The notes below the pieces were generated by a model. That model saw only the letters and a list, made by a program, of their open reading frames with translations, made no database searches and was not told where the DNA came from. Shown here one piece after another: positions 8,589 to 16,544 of a stretch of 64,000 nt of DNA; position 1 is the first letter of the stretch, and every line of letters starts with the position of its first letter. Both the position numbers and the translations under genes were made by a program. Location: assembly GCA_964400725.1 (NCBI GenBank), contig CAYNVS010000005.1:8632-72631 (forward strand). Direction: 5' to 3'. The stretch is from an uncultured Myxococcales bacterium (lineage in GTDB: Bacteria > Myxococcota_A > SURF-8 > CAYNVS01).

Positions 8589-9692
8589 ATGCCCGACAAA
8601 CTTAACGAACTCTTAAAAGGCTTTAAAGACAAATCGGCCGCGGAAGCGGTCGCGGCGCGCATAAAAGCCTCGGCGGCCAAAACCGACCGCGCGATAACGC
8701 TTATGGAAGTCTGCGGCACGCACACGATGAGCATAGCCAAGTTCGGAATCCGCTCGCTGCTGCCCGCAAACGTCAGGCTCGTAAGCGGGCCGGGCTGCCC
8801 CGTCTGCGTTACCCCTGCCGGCTACCTTGACGCCGCGTTTGAATTCGCCGCGAAGCCTAACGCGGTTATCGCCACCTTCGGAGACATGATGCGGGTTCCG
8901 GGCGGCGAGACGTCGCTTGAGCGCGAAAAGGCTAAGGGAGCGGACGCGCGCGTCGTTTATTCTCCGCTAGAGGCGCTTTCAATAGCGCAGGCAAACCCCG
9001 ATAAAGAAGTCGTCTTTCTCGCAATCGGCTTCGAGACGACAATTCCCGCCGTCGCCGCAACTTTAAATATTGCCAAGAGCCAAGGGATTAAAAATTTTTC
9101 GATATTGTGCGGGCACAAAATAGTGCCGCCGGCTTTGACCGCGCTTATGAGTATGCCCGATTTGAAGATTGACGGCTTTTTGCTGCCGGGACATGTTTCG
9201 GTTATTTTGGGCAGCGACGTTTACCGCGAACCGCTGGCGGCGCGCGGCGTCGGCGGAGTCGTCGCCGGTTTCGAGCCGCTGGACATACTCGCCGCCATTT
9301 CCGCTTTGGTCGAGGCCGCGGCCAATGGCCGCTTCGTCGTTGAGAATTCGTATTCCCGCGCCGTTCGACCGCAGGGTAATTTAGCGGCTCTGGCGCTCAT
9401 CGAACGGACGTTCGAGCCGGCCGATTCAATTTGGCGGGGGCTCGGCAAAATCCCGCTTTCTGGGCTGGCCTTAAGAAACGATTACAAAGAGTTCGACGCC
9501 GCGCTGAAGTTTGGCCTGGACGCGGATAAGCCGGAACGCCCGACCGCCTGCCGCTGCGGAAGCGTCCTTACCGGCGCTATAACGCCCGACGAGTGCCCGC
9601 TGTTCGGCAAAGCCTGCAATCCGTCTTCGCCCGTCGGGGCCTGCATGGTAAGCAGCGAAGGAACCTGCGCCGCTTATTACAAATACGGCTGA
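8589..9692 (+). CDS. hypD: hydrogenase maturation factor HypD
   Basis: Motifs CGTHTM, GPGCPVC and the C-terminal CPVC-type Fe-S motif are present. Start placed at ATG 8589 just after the hypC stop; the track ORF 8514 start overlaps hypC. Confidence 0.88.
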   Translation: MPDKLNELLKGFKDKSAAEAVAARIKASAAKTDRAITLMEVCGTHTMSIAKFGIRSLLPANVRLVSGPGCPVCVTPAGYLDAAFEFAAKPNAVIATFGDMMRVPGGETSLEREKAKGADARVVYSPLEALSIAQANPDKEVVFLAIGFETTIPAVAATLNIAKSQGIKNFSILCGHKIVPPALTALMSMPDLKIDGFLLPGHVSVILGSDVYREPLAARGVGGVVAGFEPLDILAAISALVEAAANGRFVVENSYSRAVRPQGNLAALALIERTFEPADSIWRGLGKIPLSGLALRNDYKEFDAALKFGLDADKPERPTACRCGSVLTGAITPDECPLFGKACNPSSPVGACMVSSEGTCAAYYKYG

Positions 9693-9850
9693 TTACGCAG
9701 CGCAATAAATCAAAGGCGTCATCGAGGAACGAACGCCATCCCGCCGAAAATATTAATAAATTCGGTCGCGGAGTTTGCCCCGCCGTCCTTATGAATTAGG
9801 CAAACCAGAAAGCTCGCGGGACGCTTTCTCGCAAAGAACCTTTTTAATTT

Positions 9851-9878
9851 TTGCTAAAGAAAAAAAATAAGGTATATT
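9851..9878 (+). promoter_or_regulatory. candidate sigma70-type promoter (TTGCTA-16-TATATT)
   Basis: Hexamers with 16-bp spacing lie about 50 bp upstream of the 9928 start codon in an AT-rich intergenic region. Confidence 0.25.
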
Positions 9879-9927
9879 TTAATTGTTCGATTTGAGACAA
9901 ACGTTTATTTTTTACGGAGAATTATAA

Positions 9928-11343
9928 ATGAAACAGGAAAAAATTTTAACGCCCTATTTAGCGGCTTTCGCGCTTGCGCTCTCTTTCGCGGTCTTCGCCG
10001 GATGCGGCTCCAGCGGAGGCGACAATAACAACAACGGCGACGGCGACTCCGAAAACGAGGCGGAAACTACCGGCCCGGATTCAATAGTTCCGCATAAAGA
10101 GAAAGTCGGCAAATTCCTAGTCGTTTACCTGAAGGGAACTCCGTACGAAATGGGCAAGCAGCAGGGAACTCTGCTGCACGACGAGCTCGTTCTGGCTATG
10201 CAGTACATCAACGACGACCCGCTTCTGGGAAGCATGGTCGGCGTTGCCCGCAAAAAGGGAATCGTCGATTTGGCCTACAGCATGTCATACGAAGACGTCA
10301 AGGAAGAATGCCGCGGATTGGTGGAAACCGCCGGCGACGCCGGCCTGGACATGGACAGCTGCCTTATTCTCAATTTCGGCGATATTTTGATGGAGTTCAT
10401 CACCGACGGCATGCCGGAAGCCGAAGCCGCTCCGATACTTAAACGCCTTCAGCCGGGCTGTTCGGAAGTAGCCGTCTCCGGCCCGGCAACCAAGGACGGC
10501 AAACTTTATCACGGCCGCATACTCGACTGGGATAAGATTCAGTACATACTGGACTACCCGACTATTTTCGTCCGCATTCCCGACGGCGGAATACCTCACG
10601 CCTTCATAGGGTTCCCGGCGAACTTGAGCCCGTATTCTGGAATCAACGCCGAAGGGCTTTCCATTGCGAGCAACGAAGTGCACGCGCCCGCCGCAACCGC
10701 CGACGTCGTTCCGGAGCACGACCTTAAGGGGAGAAGCCACGTGCAGATGCTAGCGCAGATTTTAAAAACCTGCAAAAATATGGACGAAGCCAAAGCGTTC
10801 GTCCGCGCGCAGGATCACATGACGATGGAGCTGTTTATGATCGCCGACGGCAATAACAAGCAGGCGGGCGTCTTCGAAATGACGAGCAAGAGTCTCGGCA
10901 TCCGCGAGCTGGCTGAAGGAGTAGTTTGGGCGACCAATCATTTTTTAGCGCCGGAAACAATTGGAAAAGACAAGCAGCCGATTAAAGAGGCGAACCTTCT
11001 GCGTTACGACCGTTTCGCCGAGCTGGTGAGCAAGGACGGCAAGGATACTCATTACGGCCAGTTCGACGGCGAAACGCTGATTTCGGTCATGCGCGACCGT
11101 AAAAATCCGTACACGGGCGAAATTTCCAGCCTGACGGAATTCGACAACGCTTTAAGCATCGCCACTTACGGCTCGTTGTTTGCCATCGTCTTCGAGCCCG
11201 CGGGTTTGAATTTCTGGGTCGCCGCCGGAACCATTCCGGTGCCGCAGCAGGAATACGTCGGCTTCAACCTCGGAAAGCTGCTGAATATTAAAGGCGCGAC
11301 AGACCCGGCCCCGGCTACTTATCCGGCGTACTCGGGGCAATAA
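9928..11343 (+). CDS. Ntn-hydrolase lipoprotein, peptidase C45 (acyl-CoA:6-APA acyltransferase-like) family
   Basis: Lipobox FAGCGSSGGDNNNNGDGDSE. Putative autoproteolytic G|C site in LQPGCSEVAVSGPATKDGKLYHGRILDWD, resembling C45/choloylglycine-hydrolase-type Ntn hydrolases. Confidence 0.55.
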   Translation: MKQEKILTPYLAAFALALSFAVFAGCGSSGGDNNNNGDGDSENEAETTGPDSIVPHKEKVGKFLVVYLKGTPYEMGKQQGTLLHDELVLAMQYINDDPLLGSMVGVARKKGIVDLAYSMSYEDVKEECRGLVETAGDAGLDMDSCLILNFGDILMEFITDGMPEAEAAPILKRLQPGCSEVAVSGPATKDGKLYHGRILDWDKIQYILDYPTIFVRIPDGGIPHAFIGFPANLSPYSGINAEGLSIASNEVHAPAATADVVPEHDLKGRSHVQMLAQILKTCKNMDEAKAFVRAQDHMTMELFMIADGNNKQAGVFEMTSKSLGIRELAEGVVWATNHFLAPETIGKDKQPIKEANLLRYDRFAELVSKDGKDTHYGQFDGETLISVMRDRKNPYTGEISSLTEFDNALSIATYGSLFAIVFEPAGLNFWVAAGTIPVPQQEYVGFNLGKLLNIKGATDPAPATYPAYSGQ

Positions 11344-11505
11344 ACAACGCTGAATTAACGCAATGTATTTGAAAATAAAAAGGGGGCTTCTCGTCGCATC
11401 GCAATGGTTCGCGATACGAACGGAGAAGCGCCGGCCGCAATCAATCGGCCGATTTGCCGTAAAAAGGCAAATGCGAAAACCTTTCATTGAAGCTCGGAGG
11501 CGCAA

Positions 11506-12738
11506 ATGTTCGACTATCTGCTAAACGAAACTCAAAAGAAACACAGGGATAAAGTCCGCGAGTTCGTAAAGGGGCTTTCGCCCGAGTTCGTTAAGTCAAT
11601 GGACAGAGAAGACGCGGAATATCCGCGTCATTTTCTTGAGGAACTGGGTAAAAACGGGCTGCTCGCCTGCCGCTTCGATAAAAAATACGGCGGACAGTCG
11701 CTCGACTGGGTTGCGGAAAGCGCGGCGCTGGCGGAAGTGGGAACGCTTGGAAGCTCGCTCGCCTGCCTGTTCTCGATGCCTTGCATCGTCGGCGAAGCGC
11801 TGCATTCGTTCGGAACAGAAGAACAAAAAATGAAGTATCTCAAACCGACGCTTGAAGGGAAGCTCGTCTGCGCGGAGGCTTTAACCGAGCCGCGCGGCGG
11901 AAGCGACTTCTTCGGCGCGACGACGACCGCCCGCGAGGACGGCGATTATTTTATTTTGAACGGACAAAAGCGGTTCATCGTCGGCGGGCAGGGCGCGGAT
12001 TACTTCATGGTTTACGCCCGCACGAACCCGGACGAAAAAGCCGCGGCCCACGAGAGAATCTCGGCGTTTATCGTCGATCGCGACGACTCGATAAAGATAG
12101 AGCACGTTTACGGCTTAATGGGAACGCGCGGAGGAGGCACGGCGCGCATAGTCTTCAACGAGACAAAAGTTCCTAAAGAGAACGTCATCCTAGGCAAAAA
12201 CGCCGGAGCGATAGTCTTCAATAAAATGATGGTTCCGGAGCGGTTGACGACGGCGTCCGGCAGCATAGGGCTTGCGAGAGCCGCGCTCGAGGTCGCAACT
12301 CGTTACTCGACGCGCCGCAAAGCTTTCGGCCAAAAAATAATGAAGTTTCAGGCGGTAAGTTTCCATATCGCGGAGGCGGTTGCGAGGCTTGACGCGGCGG
12401 CTTCGCTGGTTTACACAACGGCTTTGAAGGTCGATTCCGGTCAGGACGCGCGGCGCATGGTGAGCGAAGCGAAGAAAGTCTCCACCGAGGCGGCGTGGGA
12501 CGCGGTCAACCGCGCCATGCAAGTAATGGGAGGCATCGGCTACACCGACGTTTACCCGATTGAGCGCCTTCTGCGCGACTGCCGTATTATGATGATATGG
12601 ACGGGGACGAACGAGATTATGAACCTGCTCATCAGCCACGAGTGGTACAACGAGCATAGGGAGCGAGCGACCGAAGGACGCGACGTTGAGATAGACGCGA
12701 AGTCGTTCGATAAGAACGAAGAGAAAATTTACGAGTAA
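11506..12738 (+). CDS. acyl-CoA dehydrogenase family protein
   Basis: ACAD motifs ALTEPRGGSDFFG and IWTGTNEIMNLLI; 410 aa. Confidence 0.85.
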   Translation: MFDYLLNETQKKHRDKVREFVKGLSPEFVKSMDREDAEYPRHFLEELGKNGLLACRFDKKYGGQSLDWVAESAALAEVGTLGSSLACLFSMPCIVGEALHSFGTEEQKMKYLKPTLEGKLVCAEALTEPRGGSDFFGATTTAREDGDYFILNGQKRFIVGGQGADYFMVYARTNPDEKAAAHERISAFIVDRDDSIKIEHVYGLMGTRGGGTARIVFNETKVPKENVILGKNAGAIVFNKMMVPERLTTASGSIGLARAALEVATRYSTRRKAFGQKIMKFQAVSFHIAEAVARLDAAASLVYTTALKVDSGQDARRMVSEAKKVSTEAAWDAVNRAMQVMGGIGYTDVYPIERLLRDCRIMMIWTGTNEIMNLLISHEWYNEHRERATEGRDVEIDAKSFDKNEEKIYE

Positions 12739-12747
12739 CGCGGCGGG

Positions 12748-14007
12748 CTACTTGTTTTCAACGAAAGTAATCGTCAGCAGATAAATCTGCGTTCCTTTTT
12801 TACTGGTCTGTCCCGACAGCCACGTCGTATCCGTCATATCGAGCGGATTGGTGTAATTCGCCAGTAAAAAGGCATGCGCGTCGATGCGGCGGACGGCCAT
12901 GAAAGCGTTGTCGCCGCAGCCCGGCAAATCAAATACTTTTTCTACTTTGCGGGCGTCGCGGTTGATTTTATACAGCGCGCTCCCCTTGGGGCGCAGCGAA
13001 TAATCGACCAAATACTTGCTTTTTTGCTCGTCGAACGTCAACTCGCTTTTTCCTTGGTCGTAGGGGCCGCCTACGTCCCGGCGCGCGGCGAGGTAAATAT
13101 CGTTTCCGTGCCGAAACATCTCCGGCGAGTCGTAACGGTTTGGATCGCTTTTAGGCGAACATTCCCACTCCGAAAGAGCGTTTTTAGGCGCAAAGCAAAC
13201 GTGCGAACCGAAACCGGTCGCGTCGCCGTCCTCGTTGCGGGTAACGGCCCAAAGGTTTCCTTCGGCGTCGAACTCGAACGCGACTTCCGACACGCCCCCC
13301 TTGTAAACGTAATCCTTGCCGTTTACCTTTGTAAAGTTCTCGCCGTCTTCCGACTCTTTAAAATAAACTTCAATCTCCGAAGTTCCCGTCTCGTAATGGT
13401 TTCCTTTATAGGAAGTCATATAAACCCTGCCGTTGCGGACTTTTATGTCCCACGGAACTTCGCCGGCGTCAACCGCAAGCTCCGGCGCGCTCCAATCGCC
13501 GAGAGAGGCTCGCTTCACGCGCCACATCCCTTTAGGCTCGAAGGTAAACATGTCCGTTCCCGCCTCGAAGAAATACAGCCATATCCGGCCTTTGTAAGCC
13601 AGAAAGCGCGGCTCGCGCACGTCGGCGTCAACCGCTATTTCGCTCTCGAACTCCCACGTGGCGCCTTGGTCGAGGGATGAGGCGATTAACATTCGCGTAT
13701 ATTCGGAGGCGAAGTGATTGGGAGCGGTGCGCCACGCCATAAAAAGGCGGCCGTCGAAAAAGATAATATCGACGTTGTTGTTGGAGGCTTCGAGTTTGAT
13801 GGACGAGGGCAGCCCGGCGGAGGGAACGACCCAGCGGGGGGCGGAGGCTTGGGGCGTATACGTCTTATGATCGTCCGTAAAGTAATCGCCGGGGTCGTCG
13901 GATGGCACTTCTCCCGGCGCATCCGCGGAAGACGAGCCAGACGAACAACCGGTTAATAAGCAAAGCTCGGCGGCGGCGGCCAATAAAACGATAGCGATTA
14001 CGCGCAT
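12748..14007 (-). CDS. BNR/Asp-box repeat lipoprotein (sialidase-like beta-propeller)
   Basis: Lipobox LLTGCSSGSSS. Asp-box motifs SLDQGATWEF and SEDGENFTK. Confidence 0.55.
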   Translation of the reverse strand: MRVIAIVLLAAAAELCLLTGCSSGSSSADAPGEVPSDDPGDYFTDDHKTYTPQASAPRWVVPSAGLPSSIKLEASNNNVDIIFFDGRLFMAWRTAPNHFASEYTRMLIASSLDQGATWEFESEIAVDADVREPRFLAYKGRIWLYFFEAGTDMFTFEPKGMWRVKRASLGDWSAPELAVDAGEVPWDIKVRNGRVYMTSYKGNHYETGTSEIEVYFKESEDGENFTKVNGKDYVYKGGVSEVAFEFDAEGNLWAVTRNEDGDATGFGSHVCFAPKNALSEWECSPKSDPNRYDSPEMFRHGNDIYLAARRDVGGPYDQGKSELTFDEQKSKYLVDYSLRPKGSALYKINRDARKVEKVFDLPGCGDNAFMAVRRIDAHAFLLANYTNPLDMTDTTWLSGQTSKKGTQIYLLTITFVENK

Positions 14008-14057
14008 GGTTTGTTCCTTGAATGGTTTGACCGAGTTATATAATTATTGACTTAAAC

Positions 14058-14837
14058 CTATTTAAATTTTCCAAAATAGCCGTCGATTTCAGGTCTTAAT
14101 TCAATGCCGGCCATTTCAAAGCAATCAAGCAATTCGTCGTAAGTATTTTGCCCGCCCAGAAAATCCCAGAATTCGCGCCCGACCATCAATTCGCCGTCAA
14201 AATCGAGCATGCCTTTTAACGTCCATCGTTCGTATGGTTCCGGCTCGTAAGGATTGTAAGGAATAGCAATGCAGGACTGAACTTTTGCGGCTGGATATTC
14301 CGTTAAATAAAGCGCCGCCCACTCAAGCAGCGTGCGTTTAAAATCCTTGAAATTGCTCACGTTCGGTGTTGCCGTTTTTAAATCAAACATGTAAACCGTT
14401 CCGTTTTTGCTTTTTAAAAACAAATCAACTTTTACGGTTTTCAAAGCGTTTTTCTGACCGCTCTTACAAAATTTTCTAATTCTTTCAATTTCTTCCAATT
14501 TGTTAGGAGCGCTGTTTTTGCTTGTTGATAAATGATTTATAATACGTTGAATTTCTTTTTGCGCGTCTTCGTAAATAGCGTTTGGCAATTTATATTGTTT
14601 TTCCGCAGCTTCAAAAGTTGTTTTCGCAATCGCAACCGCTACCGGTTCATATATTGAGGTTCCGAATGTTGTATTGAGCGATTGTATAAAAGAAAATAAA
14701 GCCATTCTATCTTTTCCTAAAAGCCTGTAATGGAAAGGCATAGAATTGGTTTCCGGAGTATAGTTTTTGAATTTTTCTCTGAGAACGCTTGTAATGATAT
14801 TCTTGATTTCGATTTTTTGGTTAGAAGAAAAGGGCAT
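14058..14837 (-). CDS. type II restriction endonuclease candidate (PD-(D/E)xK fold)
   Basis: Low-GC gene immediately downstream of the methyltransferase (taaATG junction). The putative catalytic motif is VDLFLKSKNGTVYMFDLK, i.e. D...DxK. Confidence 0.5.
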   Translation of the reverse strand: MPFSSNQKIEIKNIITSVLREKFKNYTPETNSMPFHYRLLGKDRMALFSFIQSLNTTFGTSIYEPVAVAIAKTTFEAAEKQYKLPNAIYEDAQKEIQRIINHLSTSKNSAPNKLEEIERIRKFCKSGQKNALKTVKVDLFLKSKNGTVYMFDLKTATPNVSNFKDFKRTLLEWAALYLTEYPAAKVQSCIAIPYNPYEPEPYERWTLKGMLDFDGELMVGREFWDFLGGQNTYDELLDCFEMAGIELRPEIDGYFGKFK

Positions 14838-15213
14838 TTATTTTTCCTTTAGATGAAAAATAATTTCGGCATAGGCGGTAGATCTGTCCTTTTCGACGCG
14901 GTTTAATACCGGCCTCTTGAATCGCTCGACAATTTTCATTCCCGATTTTTCCGCAATTAGCGGATAAAGATTAAATTTATCGTTGGCTACCAAAAAAACA
15001 TCATAATTATCTTGAAGATATTTTTTGCAATTATTTAAAACCGAGGATATTCCAGCCGCATACGCTTCCTTGGCGGCTTTTGTCTGTCCGTTTAAAAGAC
15101 GTCCTATTTCTTGTTCGTCTTTTCTTTCAAATCCAAATATTTCATACGCGTAAGCGTGCTGCTCGTGGTAATCAATTACCCCGACATATGGAGGACTGGA
15201 GAAAATGCCCTTA
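14838..15213 (-). CDS. DNA methyltransferase C-terminal catalytic segment (motif IV SPPY) in +1 frame relative to the upstream segment
   Basis: Translation KKKKIKGIFSSPPYVGVIDYHEQHAYAYEIFG... shows SPPY (motif IV), typical of N6-adenine/N4-cytosine MTases. The segment has no start codon of its own. It opens right after an in-frame stop inside the A8 tract and ends at a taa directly abutting the REase ATG. Confidence 0.6.
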
Positions 15214-16440
15214 ATCTTTTTTTTCTTTTATAAGTTCAGCCAATTTGGCGTTTTTTTGTTCGACTTCGGCTATTAAATCAACGGTAGAGCTGTCCGCCGC
15301 CAAACAAATTTGGAATGTATCCGTTCTTAATTTATCAAATTCAATAATTCTTTTTATGGAATCGTTCGAATATCTTATCCACCAGTCTAGAATTGAGAAC
15401 AACGGTTTGCATATTTTGCCGTGTTTCTTGCAGTAATATGTTCGAGTTACAGGTTCCTTTAAAGTGCCTAAATCGGCGTGAGTCGTAGCCCTGCACGACC
15501 TAGCGGTGCGGCTTAAAATAACCGCTAAAACTTTTTTAAGGTTTTTATCCTCAACGTTTTTAATTTCATTAAAAACAAAGTCGATTTCGTTTCTAACCGG
15601 CAGTAAGTACCATGTCGCCAGAAAAGAGTCGTTTTCTTTTTTGTATATTTCCAACTTGTATTCTTCAACCAAAGAATAGTATATAGGAAGAAATTCATTC
15701 TCACATCGCGTCGAATACTCGCCCTCTTCAATTTCTTTCAAATTGATTTTACGTCTATAATCGGGAGACGGAAAATATTTCTCGTTAAATTTATCAAGTT
15801 CGCATTGCAGTCTCTTTTCAAAAGCGGCGTTTATATTGTTTTTATTAAATTCAATTAATTTAACCGTTATCTGATTGATTATTCTGTTTAGTCTGGCAAC
15901 GTCATGTCGTTCTATTTTTACGTTTGAAATCATAGCGTTAAAGGCCGAAATATCCGCTCCTACCGCATGAATTCCCAATTCATTTGCCTGCACAAGCGTG
16001 GTTCCGCTTCCGGCAAAAGGATCTAAAATAATATCGCCTTTTGTAAAATATATAGTCTTTTTATAGTCGTCGACGCGCGAGTCCAGAAAATATTCCACTA
16101 ATTGCGGAATGAATTTACCTTTATATGGATGGATACGATGGACGTGTTTAGTTCGTTCAGATTCAGAATATTCCGAAAATGATAATTTCCAATTTAAATC
16201 TTCGCCCAGCGCTTTTTTCCAATCGCATTCGTTTTTAATTTGGTCGTAATAACTTTTCAGCTCATTAATATCTACGCAGGTCGAGCCGTTAAATGAATAT
16301 TTTTTTACTTTGCCGTATTGCAGCAAATAAGAAATATTTGAAATCGAAACCGGACGATTATTATATTGCGTCGCCCAAACGCTTGCTTCTTTCAGCTTTA
16401 CAAGACTTGCGTCTTTGTCTTCGGAAGTTCTGAAAACCAT
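15211..16440 (-). CDS. DNA methyltransferase N-terminal segment (motif X/I DPFAGSGTT plus TRD), alpha-class organisation; interrupted by frameshift
   Basis: HPYKGKFIPQLVEYFL...ILDPFAGSGTTLVQANELGIHAVGADIS gives the AdoMet-binding motif I block. About 270 aa of variable TRD follows. The ORF ends ...AELIKEKKD at the A8 run, with the SPPY segment in the next frame. Confidence 0.7.
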   Translation of the reverse strand: MVFRTSEDKDASLVKLKEASVWATQYNNRPVSISNISYLLQYGKVKKYSFNGSTCVDINELKSYYDQIKNECDWKKALGEDLNWKLSFSEYSESERTKHVHRIHPYKGKFIPQLVEYFLDSRVDDYKKTIYFTKGDIILDPFAGSGTTLVQANELGIHAVGADISAFNAMISNVKIERHDVARLNRIINQITVKLIEFNKNNINAAFEKRLQCELDKFNEKYFPSPDYRRKINLKEIEEGEYSTRCENEFLPIYYSLVEEYKLEIYKKENDSFLATWYLLPVRNEIDFVFNEIKNVEDKNLKKVLAVILSRTARSCRATTHADLGTLKEPVTRTYYCKKHGKICKPLFSILDWWIRYSNDSIKRIIEFDKLRTDTFQICLAADSSTVDLIAEVEQKNAKLAELIKEKKD

Positions 16441-16544
16441 TAAAATTAACTTCTTTTCATTTTAAAGCTATAAAAACTAAACAACGATACAACGTTTTTC
16501 CTAATAGAGTCAAGCATAAGCTATTGCTATATAATTATATAGCG

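Noticed and set aside
12874-13956. Plus-strand ORFs 12874-13680 (268 aa) and 13714-13956 antisense to the BNR lipoprotein gene
   Set aside because: Arg-rich low-complexity translations with no motifs. The minus-strand frame carries the lipobox and Asp-box motifs.
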